Positions 42,279 through 51,839 of a DNA stretch of 64,000 bases are shown in pieces; the stretch's first letter is position 1; every line of letters starts with the position of its first letter. The translations under genes were made by a program, and so were the position numbers. The notes below the pieces were generated by a model that did no database searches, was not told the origin of the DNA, and was given only the letters and a program-made list of their open reading frames with translations. Source of the DNA: Microcoleaceae cyanobacterium (lineage in GTDB: Bacteria; Cyanobacteriota; Cyanobacteriia; Cyanobacteriales; Microcoleaceae). The stretch covers positions 1 through 64,000 of the forward strand of contig JBOFUV010000019.1 in the NCBI GenBank assembly GCA_051652765.1, read 5' to 3'.

Positions 42279-44434
42279 GCTTCATTGGCCCGGATTTGAC
42301 TGGCCATCATCAGTTGAAAAGGCCCGTTTTCCTGAATCAGTTGATCGAACTTGCCCTGTTGAACAATACGACCTGCCTCTAAGACATAAATTCGATCGGC
42401 ATGGCGCACCATTGGGGAGTGGTGCGAAACTACAATTCGCGTGGTTTTCAATTGTTCTAGATGCTGGGTCACTGTCCATTGAGTTTGACAATCTAGGCCA
42501 TTAGTTGCCTCATCAAAGATAATAACTTGAGGTTGAGACACTAATGCACGAGCAATCAATAGCTGCTGCCGTTGACCTCCGGATAAATTCACCCCTCCCT
42601 CGGCAACAACCGTATGCATTCCCATGGGCATTCGATGGATTTCATCAATCAGTCCTGCCACTTTAGCGGCTTCCCAGACTTCCTCCATCGAGACTAGGGT
42701 GCGACCTGCAATATTTTCGAAGATTGTTCCCTGGTAAACTTGCCCATTTTGTAGAACAACTCCCAACTGCCGTCGAACAGTCGTAGGATTTAACCGGGAC
42801 AAATCCTGACCATCATAATAAATGGCTCCAGACTCTGGGACTTCAAACCCCAACAAGAGCCGAACGATAGTCGATTTACCACTGCCAGAACTGCCAACAA
42901 TGGCAATGAATTCTCCCGGTTGAACCTCTAAGGTAATCCGATTCAGCACTAGGGAACGCTTAGAATCATACCGAAATGAAACTTGATCGAGCTTTAGGTA
43001 TCCTAAAAGCTGTCCTGGATCAGACTGATTCCCATGAACCTCTGGTTGAACCTTTAATAAGGGTTTTGCGCGCCGCCACAGGGCAACCACTTCTAAACTC
43101 TCTAAAACTTGATTGCTCAATGTAATCACCCCTGCCATCAACATGCCAAATGCGGTATAAAACGCTAGAAATGTTCCCGTTGAAAGGGTATTCTCATTCG
43201 GAATGACTGTTGATGACACCAAGGGGATTCCCAAGCCAAACAAAGCAATTAAGCCGACTGTAGGAATCAGAGCATTAAATAACCTAATCCGATCCTGAAA
43301 CATCTGCTGATTTAGAACTGCGCTCAATCGCTGATTATATTGCCTTGCCCAGAATAGAAAAGCCCGCTCCTCGGCTCCTGCAACCCGGAGTTTACCAATC
43401 CCTCTCGTGAGTTGCAAGGTCAATCCTAGACTATTGGTTTGTAGGTGTTGTTGGCGGCGGATTTGAGGTTTTAACAGGAACGCAGCGATCGCTGTCAATC
43501 CTCCCGTTAGAGCAATACCAGCCACGGCAATTCCAGTTAAGGTAGGGCTATAAACTAAGAGTAAACCTAAATTGAGCAAGGACAACACCCCACCCAAGAG
43601 AAGTTGGATCGTGAGGTTACTCAGGTGTTCCCCAATTTGACTTGCCACAGACACCTGATCATAGAGTTCTCCAACGGTGTAGGAGCGCAAGAAAGAAATG
43701 GGAAGCTTCAGCAGACGATCCCAAAGGGCAGCCTGAATTGTAAAGATTGTACGGGTACGGAGTCTGAGAATTGAAATGTTCTGAGCCAGTTGAAACATCG
43801 CCACTCCAAAACTGGCCACAAACAATCCCAGTCCAATTTGGGCCAGGAGTCCCCGATTGGCATTGGGAATTGCGTAGTCAACCATCAAACCAAAGGCTTG
43901 GGGAGTTAGCATTCCCAAGAGAGTAGCGATCGCCCCCACAAAAATGGTCTGGACGATTTCTCGACTACAGCCTTTGAGTGCAAATTGCCAGAGCGTTCTT
44001 ATATCAATGCTCTCGTCTGGCAAAGCTGGGTAGAAAGTATAGGCAATTTGAGCTAGACTTTGGGCAGTTTGGGGGGTGATCAGAGCGTGATGTCCAGTGC
44101 TTGGATTATAAATTTCATAGGTGCGTCCCCTTGGAAGCAGGGCCACTGGGTGATTCTGCTGTAACGTAAATCCCAATAGAGGACTCCGGCTGTGTTTCCA
44201 CCAATCAGCCGTGAGTAGCACTCGCCGAGTCCGAATTCCTGAGGTTTGGGCAATCACCTCTAAAGTTTCAACCGAAGGGGTAACCGCCTTGAGAAAAGAC
44301 GGAACGCTAATTCTCACCCCTAGAACTTTCCCAATCGCCTCTAGGGCAACTAAAAAAGGAGCAGTTGCTTTTGTAAATCCTGCGTCTTGAGTTCCTAATA
44401 TCGAAGAGATTCCTGACAAGGTTCGCTCTTTCAT
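42275..44434 (-). CDS. NHLP/NHLM-type bacteriocin export ABC transporter (permease plus ATPase)
   Basis: SGIRTRRVLL..WW..PVALLP, QAALWDRLLKLP, GKLRVAGAEERAF, GSSGSGKST, LSGGQRQ and FDEAT motifs. Confidence 0.85.
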   Translation of the reverse strand: MKERTLSGISSILGTQDAGFTKATAPFLVALEAIGKVLGVRISVPSFLKAVTPSVETLEVIAQTSGIRTRRVLLTADWWKHSRSPLLGFTLQQNHPVALLPRGRTYEIYNPSTGHHALITPQTAQSLAQIAYTFYPALPDESIDIRTLWQFALKGCSREIVQTIFVGAIATLLGMLTPQAFGLMVDYAIPNANRGLLAQIGLGLFVASFGVAMFQLAQNISILRLRTRTIFTIQAALWDRLLKLPISFLRSYTVGELYDQVSVASQIGEHLSNLTIQLLLGGVLSLLNLGLLLVYSPTLTGIAVAGIALTGGLTAIAAFLLKPQIRRQQHLQTNSLGLTLQLTRGIGKLRVAGAEERAFLFWARQYNQRLSAVLNQQMFQDRIRLFNALIPTVGLIALFGLGIPLVSSTVIPNENTLSTGTFLAFYTAFGMLMAGVITLSNQVLESLEVVALWRRAKPLLKVQPEVHGNQSDPGQLLGYLKLDQVSFRYDSKRSLVLNRITLEVQPGEFIAIVGSSGSGKSTIVRLLLGFEVPESGAIYYDGQDLSRLNPTTVRRQLGVVLQNGQVYQGTIFENIAGRTLVSMEEVWEAAKVAGLIDEIHRMPMGMHTVVAEGGVNLSGGQRQQLLIARALVSQPQVIIFDEATNGLDCQTQWTVTQHLEQLKTTRIVVSHHSPMVRHADRIYVLEAGRIVQQGKFDQLIQENGPFQLMMASQIRANEA

Positions 44435-44616
44435 CTAACAACCGAAGCGGGCAACTGACTTTCTGTCATTATGACAGAAGTCTGGGAGCTGCCCGTTTTA
44501 TCTGTTTATTCTAGATGGCGTTGCACAGATCTGGAACTTCCTGGCAAGTCCATAGGACTAAAATTATGAGAAAATACATTATGAAAAAACTTTAAAAAAC
44601 TTTAGGAGGAGAACAG

Positions 44617-44736
44617 ATGGACATCGATTTTCGGGTGGTTGCTGTGTTAGCACCTGTTCTGATTGCAGCAGGTTGGGCACTTTTTAACATTGGGACGGCT
44701 GCGTTGAGACAAGTTCAGGGCTTCCTCAGCAAGTAG
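44617..44736 (+). CDS. psbY: Photosystem II protein Y (39 aa; not in the ORF track)
   Basis: [48 protein letters not shown]. Confidence 0.93.
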   Translation: MDIDFRVVAVLAPVLIAAGWALFNIGTAALRQVQGFLSK

Positions 44737-44816
44737 GAGGTTCAAACGAATCCTCTCTTCAACGTCACTATTGATCTGATCTTTAGATCTGACCTTTGAT
44801 CTGACCTTTAAAATAT

Positions 44817-44869
44817 GGGTTGACAGCTTGCTTAATCTAAAGCGTTTAGTTGGGTTAAGCTGTCAGCCC
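44817..44869. terminator. Long hairpin downstream of psbY
   Basis: GGGTTGACAGCTT..AAGCTGTCAGCCC. Confidence 0.6.
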
Positions 44870-45018
44870 TATCTTTGATTACTTCGGTTATCTCTGCAAC
44901 TAAGGCAGTTAACCAAGGCAGTAAAGTCCCCAAGGAGGGGCAACGCTCACAAATTATTTGAGATTGCTATATTCTCACTTTAGATTTACAGTTCAGATTT
45001 ACAGTTCAAGTTGGATTG

Positions 45019-46815
45019 CTAAAGATAAATTGGCAAGGTAATTATAAATTCAGTTCCTTGATTAAGCACTGAAAAAACTCGAATCCTTCCCTGATGATTT
45101 TCAATGATTTGATAAGCAATTGAGAGTCCTAAGCCCGTGCCCTTGCCCACTGCTTTTGTGGTAAAAAAGGGATCAAATAGTTTATGCTGAATCTCAGTTG
45201 GAATTCCTGGGCCATTGTCTTTAATTCGGACTTGAATCTGATTAGAATTGAATTGTTCAGTGTGAATAATAATCTGAGGCTCAAAAGCTTGTTTAGTTGG
45301 AAAAAACTGGACTTTCCCCGTCAACTCTTCTAAGGCATCAATGGCATTGACTAAGATATTCATGAACACCTGATTGAGTGGAGCTGGATAGCATTCAACC
45401 AAGGGAATCTGGCCATAGTGTTTGGTCACTTTAATCTTGTTTTTAAGTCGATGATTCAGAATGAGCAATGTGTTATCTAGTCCTTCGTGAAGGTCAACTT
45501 CTTTACAAGTCGCCTCATCTAGTCGTGAAAAATTTCGCAGTGAAAGAACGATTGCTTGGATTCGTTCTGCACCTGTTTTAATCGATAAGAAAAGTTGCGG
45601 TAAATCTTCGGTTAAGAAGTCAATCTCAATTTCTTCCTCTAGTTTTTGAATTGCAAGACTAGGGTGAGGATATTCTTTTTGATAAAGGGCTACTAGACTC
45701 AACAAGTCCTCAATATACGTATTAGCATATTCGACATTGCCATAAATAAAACTCACAGGATTGTTAATTTCATGGGCAACTCCAGCTACCATTTGTCCGA
45801 TACTAGACAGCTTTTCACTCTGAATTAATTGAGCTTGAGCGGCTTTTAAATTGTGCAGTACTTGTTGTAACTCCTGGGTTCGTTCTTCTACTCGATCTTC
45901 TAATGTTTGACGCGCCAGTTCTAATTCTTCAGTGTAGTGTCCAATCCACTCAATCAACTGATTTAAAGACTTCGATAAAGATCCCACTTCATCCCTGCTT
46001 TTAATTGGAACTCTTAGACTAAAGTCAGCTTGTTGAGTAACTTTTTCTGCGACTTCTGTCACGTTGAGGATCGGATGAGCGATCGCTCGACTCGTTAACA
46101 GTGCAAAGACTGCAGCGGATACAGTGGAAAGTATCATACTGCAAATGATGATTTTTAATCGGAGAATTTCTGCTGCTTGAAACTGGGCATCAGCCATCTT
46201 CTGTTTCAATTGAGATTTGGCTGTGAGACGCACTAAATCTTCTGAAAACCGCTCGAATTTCTCGCTTGCTTTAATTGCTTCTTGACTTCTCAAGGTATTC
46301 CAGATTTTTTGCTGGGCACTGGGAATTTGTGCAGCAGTTAACTGGGATGGATTGATTTCTTCCCATAGGGATTCAATAAAAGTGACATAGCTAGCAATAG
46401 TCGTTTGATACTCTTGGGAAAGTTCTTGGATATCTTGAGCATTAAGAGTGGCTTGATTAGGATATGTCTTAACAAAAGTTTCAAGCTGTTTAATTTGTTG
46501 CTGAATCTGATTTAAGTTATCAAAAAATTTGGACTTCTCGTAATCAAAAGAAATCGGTTCCCCAAGCACTCGGACTAAGACTTGAGGATGAAACTGCATT
46601 GTTTTTGCAGCATTGGCTAGCTCATTAATCACATCTTGTTGCTGATAGGCTGTTGTCAGTTGTAACAGGGCTTGCTGTTGATAATAGTCTCCCAGAAATA
46701 GTCCAAGGACTGTTCCTAAAGCACCCACTCCAATTGCCAAACAGTAACCATAGCCAATTTTCTTGGCGATACTGAGGCGGGAGAGTGTGCCTTTCAGGCT
46801 ATTTAAAACTGACAT
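45019..46815 (-). CDS. Membrane sensor histidine kinase with HAMP domain
   Basis: Two TMs, HAMP, GVAHEINNP, NQVFMNILVNAIDA, DNGPGI and GTGLGL motifs. Confidence 0.95.
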   Translation of the reverse strand: MSVLNSLKGTLSRLSIAKKIGYGYCLAIGVGALGTVLGLFLGDYYQQQALLQLTTAYQQQDVINELANAAKTMQFHPQVLVRVLGEPISFDYEKSKFFDNLNQIQQQIKQLETFVKTYPNQATLNAQDIQELSQEYQTTIASYVTFIESLWEEINPSQLTAAQIPSAQQKIWNTLRSQEAIKASEKFERFSEDLVRLTAKSQLKQKMADAQFQAAEILRLKIIICSMILSTVSAAVFALLTSRAIAHPILNVTEVAEKVTQQADFSLRVPIKSRDEVGSLSKSLNQLIEWIGHYTEELELARQTLEDRVEERTQELQQVLHNLKAAQAQLIQSEKLSSIGQMVAGVAHEINNPVSFIYGNVEYANTYIEDLLSLVALYQKEYPHPSLAIQKLEEEIEIDFLTEDLPQLFLSIKTGAERIQAIVLSLRNFSRLDEATCKEVDLHEGLDNTLLILNHRLKNKIKVTKHYGQIPLVECYPAPLNQVFMNILVNAIDALEELTGKVQFFPTKQAFEPQIIIHTEQFNSNQIQVRIKDNGPGIPTEIQHKLFDPFFTTKAVGKGTGLGLSIAYQIIENHQGRIRVFSVLNQGTEFIITLPIYL

Positions 46816-47016
46816 TTTTCCTCATCATTGGCAGACTAGTGGTTTGTCAAACTTGACGTGGTTTGCGTAGGCTGGTGTGTAGCCTGTGAGGCACAACATT
46901 CGAGTTAACACTCTCAAGTCAATCCTCTCAAAGGTTTGTTAAATTTCACTCTCTACTGCTCAGCAACTACCCCAACCTACAAAGTTTACCCAGACAAATG
47001 ACTAGCTAACATCATG

Positions 47017-47940
47017 CTACTGGATCAAGTCTTCTTCTCCCATGGCTTTATAAACTTCTCGGATCATTTCATAGTCAGAATCTTGCGTTGGAGCGATTTC
47101 AGCACCTGCATATTTCTGTGTTTCTTCTCCAGTGATTAAAGCTTGAATGAGCTGATCTTTATGATCAATAATTTTTTGCTTGTAGTCTTCTCTAATTTCC
47201 GGAGGCAGCAGTTCACTGATCATAATCAAGTCATTTGGCAGCGCTGGCCCCTCTTGTAAGATTCGGAAGTCAGCCTCTGAACGGTTTTCTGTCTTCAAGA
47301 AGCTCTGATAATCCGTAAATGAACCCGCCCAAGCATCGACTTGGCCCGCGACCAACGCTTCTAATCCCCCTGGAAATCCCAACATCTCAACTGTATAGTC
47401 AGTCTGAGGCTGCAAGCCCGCATCTAAGAGCAACTTGGTCGGGCCAAGATGACCACTGGTAGAGCCTGCTTTTTTCATGGCAATGGTCTTTCCTTTTAGC
47501 TCCGGTAATCCTTGAACTGAGCTGCTGGCCAGAACTACAGCTAAAGAGTGATAGTCTTGACGGGCGATCGCAATAATCGGCGTTGCTCTGGTTCGGGAAT
47601 GAATCACGACATATTCTGAGGGGCCAGTTAGGATCAAATCGACCTGATTTCCTTGAAGGGCAACGGCTGCGGCTGTGTAGCTTTCAACAGGAAAAAATTC
47701 AACTGGAGTCTCTAACGCTTTCTCCAGAGCTTGGCGAAATTGGCCGTAGTCCTGCTCTAAAGCCTCTAGCCCTTGGACATCCGTTACCGCAAACCGCAGT
47801 TTTTCTGGGCGTTGGACTGAGGAAGAACCCGCTGGAGTAGAGCTTGTAGAGGAAGTAGAAGAGTTGCGATCTGTACGGGTTGAGGTTGTACAGCTTGCTA
47901 GAAATAGAAGAGAAAACCCTAAAAAGTTACGCCGTTTCAT
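47017..47940 (-). CDS. PhnD-like phosphate/phosphite/phosphonate-binding lipoprotein
   Basis: KRRNFL..LASC (Tat-like signal plus lipobox); GPSEYV, GSTSGHLGP and LPND motifs. Confidence 0.85.
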   Translation of the reverse strand: MKRRNFLGFSLLFLASCTTSTRTDRNSSTSSTSSTPAGSSSVQRPEKLRFAVTDVQGLEALEQDYGQFRQALEKALETPVEFFPVESYTAAAVALQGNQVDLILTGPSEYVVIHSRTRATPIIAIARQDYHSLAVVLASSSVQGLPELKGKTIAMKKAGSTSGHLGPTKLLLDAGLQPQTDYTVEMLGFPGGLEALVAGQVDAWAGSFTDYQSFLKTENRSEADFRILQEGPALPNDLIMISELLPPEIREDYKQKIIDHKDQLIQALITGEETQKYAGAEIAPTQDSDYEMIREVYKAMGEEDLIQ

Positions 47941-48262
47941 CTGCTTTTATGTAGTTTACTTAAAATAATTTAAGACTGGAATATATAACAATTCTAAATC
48001 AGTGATCAGAAAACTAAAGAGAATTTTGTCCCCAGACTCCTGAAGAATGGACAACGCCTCTTGACTCCATCCACAAATTACAAATTATTTGGGGTTGCTA
48101 CAGATAGCTCTAACTTATATAGATCATTATCCTAAACAGTTACTCTGTACCCTGTCTTCAGCAGTTTTACTGAATTGACAGGTGGCTTCACCCAGCAGAT
48201 TTGACATCAATTTTTGAGGTCACTTATCAGAAATTTATCAAAAATTTATCAAAAAATTTATC

Positions 48263-48291
48263 AAAAAAAGGTACGGCATTGCCGTACCTTT
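48263..48291 (-). terminator. Strong intrinsic terminator of the acidic-protein gene
   Basis: AAAGGTACGGCA/TGCCGTACCTTT hairpin followed by U7 on the - strand. Confidence 0.8.
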
Positions 48292-48347
48292 GTGCTGTTA
48301 ATCTAAACTACAGGATTGCTCTTGAGAATCGATCAGCTACTAATCGA

Positions 48348-51300
48348 TTAGAGTGTCGCGTCGTTATTAGGATTAAGCAAGCCGCTGACTGCCTGGTAGT
48401 CGTAGACATTGGCAAATGTGACCTGTTCAACAGACTGAACTCCAGAGAACTCTACCAAAGCTGTGACGTTAGCTGATAAGAAGGTATTGAACTCTAGTTC
48501 GGGGTTTTCTGCTAGGAACTCATCGCTAAACGGATCGTTACCCTCTAGTAACCCCTGACCAAACATGTACGTCAGCTTCTGAGCATTCGTCAACTGCTCA
48601 AAGGACGTTGCATTGAAATAGGTAACGACATCTAGCTTCGCGTCATCGGAGGTAAAATATTCCTCGAAGTCATACAAAGGTGAAGTTTCGTTCCCCTGTT
48701 CCAGTAACTGTCCAGTCAAGGCATCGTACAGTTCGCTGTCGTCAATTTCGCCATTGGCATCAATATCTAGATTGGCTTGATTGGCGACCAGGTCATCTGC
48801 ATATTCAGTGCGATACCATTCCAGGTCAATCAACGGTGAAGTACTAACGCTGCCTTGGACTGCCACAAACTCAAAGGTTTGTTCGTAGTCTAGGCTGTAA
48901 ACTTCTTCAATCCGATAATTCTCAACAATTTCGTTGTCCAGTTCTGTGCGGAAGTAGGTGAGATTGACATACTGACTAACATTGATCTCTAGTTCAGCAG
49001 CGACCTCTAGCACAAAGAACTTCACCTGTTCCCGATCTAGATGAATGAGTTCCTCTAGACCAATCTGGAAGTAATCAGCGATTTCCTCACCGAATTCTTC
49101 TAGACAACCGTCATAATCGATGGGGGACAACTCAAGCCCTTCAGCTAAACCAACGGTGTAAGCATGTTCTAGAATTTGCACCTCAGTTAATGCCTCAACC
49201 TCGATTCCAAAGGCTGCTTCTAGCTGCGTGGCATAGGTTTGGCTGTAGAACTCATAGTCAATTTCTTCAGAGACAAACCCGCCGTAGAGATAGTCCACAA
49301 CCAGAACCTCATTCAGTTCACTAACAGCCTCAATTTCGATGCTGTAGTGCTTCGAGAGTTCGGCTTGAAACTCAATCTTGAGGAATTCCACATCAACGAA
49401 TTCTAGAGCGTTGAACCCAAGTTTCCAACCCTCGCGGAACATGAACTTGATGATTTGTTTGTCGGTTAGTTCGCTGCCGTCATCGTTGGAATCGTCATCA
49501 TCGGAATCATCATCGCCGTCGCCAATACCGTCATCATCGTCGGAATCATCATCATCGTCTTCTGAATCGTCATCATCGGAATCATCATCATCGTCTTCTG
49601 AATCATCATCATCTGAATCATCATCATCTGAATCGTCGTCTTCTGAATCATCATCGTCTGAGTCATCATCGTCTGAGTCATCATCGTCTGAGTCATCATC
49701 ATCTGAGCCATCGCCGAAGTAAAACTTCAAGATTGCTTCTCGATATTTTTCAAAGTAACCTTCGATGTCAATTCCACCTTTTGCAATCACAATCTCCAGG
49801 TCAATGGAAATCTCACTCCGAAAAACGAATTCAATAATTTCGTCATCCGTAACATCCTCGCCGAACTCAGTGATTAGGACTTCAGCGTAGATAGATTTGA
49901 AGTACTCGATGTCAACAACTTGCTTGAGAATTCCCAGTTTGAATCCTTCACCCATCAAGAATGCCTTGATTTGACCATCAGTCAGATCATCAACATTTTC
50001 AATCTTGAAGAATTCCTTCAGCTCTGCAAAAAATTCTTTGCGAACTTTATGACAGTCGATTGGATGAGTGGGAAGATCATTATCATCATCATCTTGCCCT
50101 TGGAAATCTAAGATGAAAGACTGAATCTGTACATCTGTTAGAACAGTGACTTCAACTTGATAAAAGGCTTGCAATTCAGCAGCATATTTTACCCGAATGT
50201 ACTCAACATCAATCAGGATATCTGCCTCAACACCTTCGATGACTTCATCATCTGTTAAGTCATCAATGCTATCAATGTTAAAGAACTCCTTGATCGCATC
50301 CTTATTAAGCTGTTTGGTGTATTCTAAATGAAGAAAAGGAGAAGGATTATTTCCATTATTTATCCCTTCAACCTCGATATAACTGATCACTTGCTGGTAG
50401 GTGAGTTGCTGAATAGATTCAACCTGATAGAAAGAAACAAGTTCAGCTCCATAGACAGACAGATAGTAAGATAGGTCAATGAATTCCGAAGGATTCAGAT
50501 TGAGTTCTAACCCATCTGTATTCAGGCAGTTGAGGATTTGTTCGTCAGAAATTGAGATGATTTCTACTCCAAATTTAGCCTCAAGTTCGGCTTTGTAAGT
50601 AACTCGAATAAACTCAAGGTTGATTAGAGAATGAGTTGAGGAATCAGTTCCGTCGTCGTCTCCACTGTCATCTCCGTCATCGGTTCCATCATCAGTTCCA
50701 TCATCGGTTCCATCATCGGTTCCATCATCAGTTCCATCATCAGTGCCGTCATCAGTGCCGTCATCAGTTCCCTCGTCGTCTCCACTGTCATCTCCGTCGT
50801 CGTTTCCGTCGTCGTTTCCATCATCATCTGGAGTGGGGGGATTTGGATTGGTGGGATTGGGAGGATTATTGGGACTGGGAGAACTGTCACCCTCTACTTC
50901 ATCATCATCGGAATCATCATCGTCTGAATCATCATCATCGGAATCATCATCGTCGGAATCGTCATCGTCTGAATCATCATCGTCGGAATCGTCATCATCA
51001 TCCATACCCAGAATTAAATCGATTTTTTCCAGGATGGCTTCTAATAACTCAGAAATATTCAGTTCAGCCAAAGTAGAAATTTGCAGAACTTGAAGCACGC
51101 TAGAAACAGTGAAAGAGAAACTAAATTCACGGTTCTCAAACAGCCCAAATTCCAAGAAGTGACCAATGGGAGTAATCACCCCGGCCTCAACGAAGGGAAC
51201 GAGATCAGCATTGAGAGACAAATATTCATTGACATTGAAAAAGCTGCTAAATTCTCGTTGTTCAAACTGACCAAACTTGAGGAAATGTTTGAATAAACTG

Positions 51301-51839
51301 AACTGATTTCCTGCTCCAATATTGTCATTTTGTTCAACGAAAGAAACTAAGTCAATGTTGAAGTCTAGATAAGTTCTACTGCTGAACAAGGAGCTATAGG
51401 ATCGCTGTTCAAACTGACCAAATTTGAGGAAATGCTTGAAGGTAGAAACGTAATTGTCCTGAAAAACAGTCTCCAGATCAATATTGAGTTTCAGGTATTG
51501 CTTCAGACTGAAGAAACTACTGAATTCCCGCCCTTCTGAAATTCCAAAATCTAAGAAATGCTGCAAGCAACCCTGACGACCAAATCCGGCTTCAACATCT
51601 GGGTTTTCTTTCAAGTATTTACTGACATTAAAAATTCGGCTAAATTCCCGTCCTTCAAAACGTCCAAATTGCTGAAAATGTTCAAATGCAGTGAATGTAC
51701 CTGCCTCGATAAAAGGTTTCAGGTCATTATTTTCTTCAAGGTATAACTCTTCGTCAAATAAATCAAAAAGGATATCGTCAGTGTTATCAGTCTCAACGGT
51801 TACAATGGTGGGTTCTGCAGTCAAAGTCATGGTGTTCAC
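48348..51839 (-). CDS. Very acidic 1163-aa repeat protein (putative Ca-binding surface protein)
   Basis: Uninterrupted ORF with GAGG RBS; N-terminal YLxxNxD..HFxxFGxxExR repeats, Asp-Ser/Asp-Gly tracts, helical repeats and an EF-hand-like loop. Confidence 0.85.
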   Translation of the reverse strand: MNTMTLTAEPTIVTVETDNTDDILFDLFDEELYLEENNDLKPFIEAGTFTAFEHFQQFGRFEGREFSRIFNVSKYLKENPDVEAGFGRQGCLQHFLDFGISEGREFSSFFSLKQYLKLNIDLETVFQDNYVSTFKHFLKFGQFEQRSYSSLFSSRTYLDFNIDLVSFVEQNDNIGAGNQFSLFKHFLKFGQFEQREFSSFFNVNEYLSLNADLVPFVEAGVITPIGHFLEFGLFENREFSFSFTVSSVLQVLQISTLAELNISELLEAILEKIDLILGMDDDDDSDDDDSDDDDSDDDDSDDDDSDDDDSDDDEVEGDSSPSPNNPPNPTNPNPPTPDDDGNDDGNDDGDDSGDDEGTDDGTDDGTDDGTDDGTDDGTDDGTDDGTDDGDDSGDDDGTDSSTHSLINLEFIRVTYKAELEAKFGVEIISISDEQILNCLNTDGLELNLNPSEFIDLSYYLSVYGAELVSFYQVESIQQLTYQQVISYIEVEGINNGNNPSPFLHLEYTKQLNKDAIKEFFNIDSIDDLTDDEVIEGVEADILIDVEYIRVKYAAELQAFYQVEVTVLTDVQIQSFILDFQGQDDDDNDLPTHPIDCHKVRKEFFAELKEFFKIENVDDLTDGQIKAFLMGEGFKLGILKQVVDIEYFKSIYAEVLITEFGEDVTDDEIIEFVFRSEISIDLEIVIAKGGIDIEGYFEKYREAILKFYFGDGSDDDDSDDDDSDDDDSDDDDSEDDDSDDDDSDDDDSEDDDDDSDDDDSEDDDDDSDDDDGIGDGDDDSDDDDSNDDGSELTDKQIIKFMFREGWKLGFNALEFVDVEFLKIEFQAELSKHYSIEIEAVSELNEVLVVDYLYGGFVSEEIDYEFYSQTYATQLEAAFGIEVEALTEVQILEHAYTVGLAEGLELSPIDYDGCLEEFGEEIADYFQIGLEELIHLDREQVKFFVLEVAAELEINVSQYVNLTYFRTELDNEIVENYRIEEVYSLDYEQTFEFVAVQGSVSTSPLIDLEWYRTEYADDLVANQANLDIDANGEIDDSELYDALTGQLLEQGNETSPLYDFEEYFTSDDAKLDVVTYFNATSFEQLTNAQKLTYMFGQGLLEGNDPFSDEFLAENPELEFNTFLSANVTALVEFSGVQSVEQVTFANVYDYQAVSGLLNPNNDATL
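49475..49715 (-). repeat. Coding low-complexity tract (DDDDS/EDDDS)n
   Basis: 15-bp-period TCATCATCGTCTGAR-type repeats within the large ORF. Confidence 0.9.
50640..51005 (-). repeat. Coding tracts (DDDDS)6, Pro/Asn linker and (DDGT)n
   Basis: 15-bp and 12-bp period repeats with synonymous variation. Confidence 0.9.

Noticed and set aside
49378..51093. Ser-, His- and Met-rich ORFs (49378-49722, 49466-49711, 50624-50890, 50636-51076, 50743-51093)
   Set aside because: They are alternate-frame or antisense shadows of the Asp-repeat tracts in the 1163-aa gene.
48348..51839. RTX toxin or calcyanin assignment
   Set aside because: No GGxGxDxL nonapeptide series and no glycine-zipper triplet are present.
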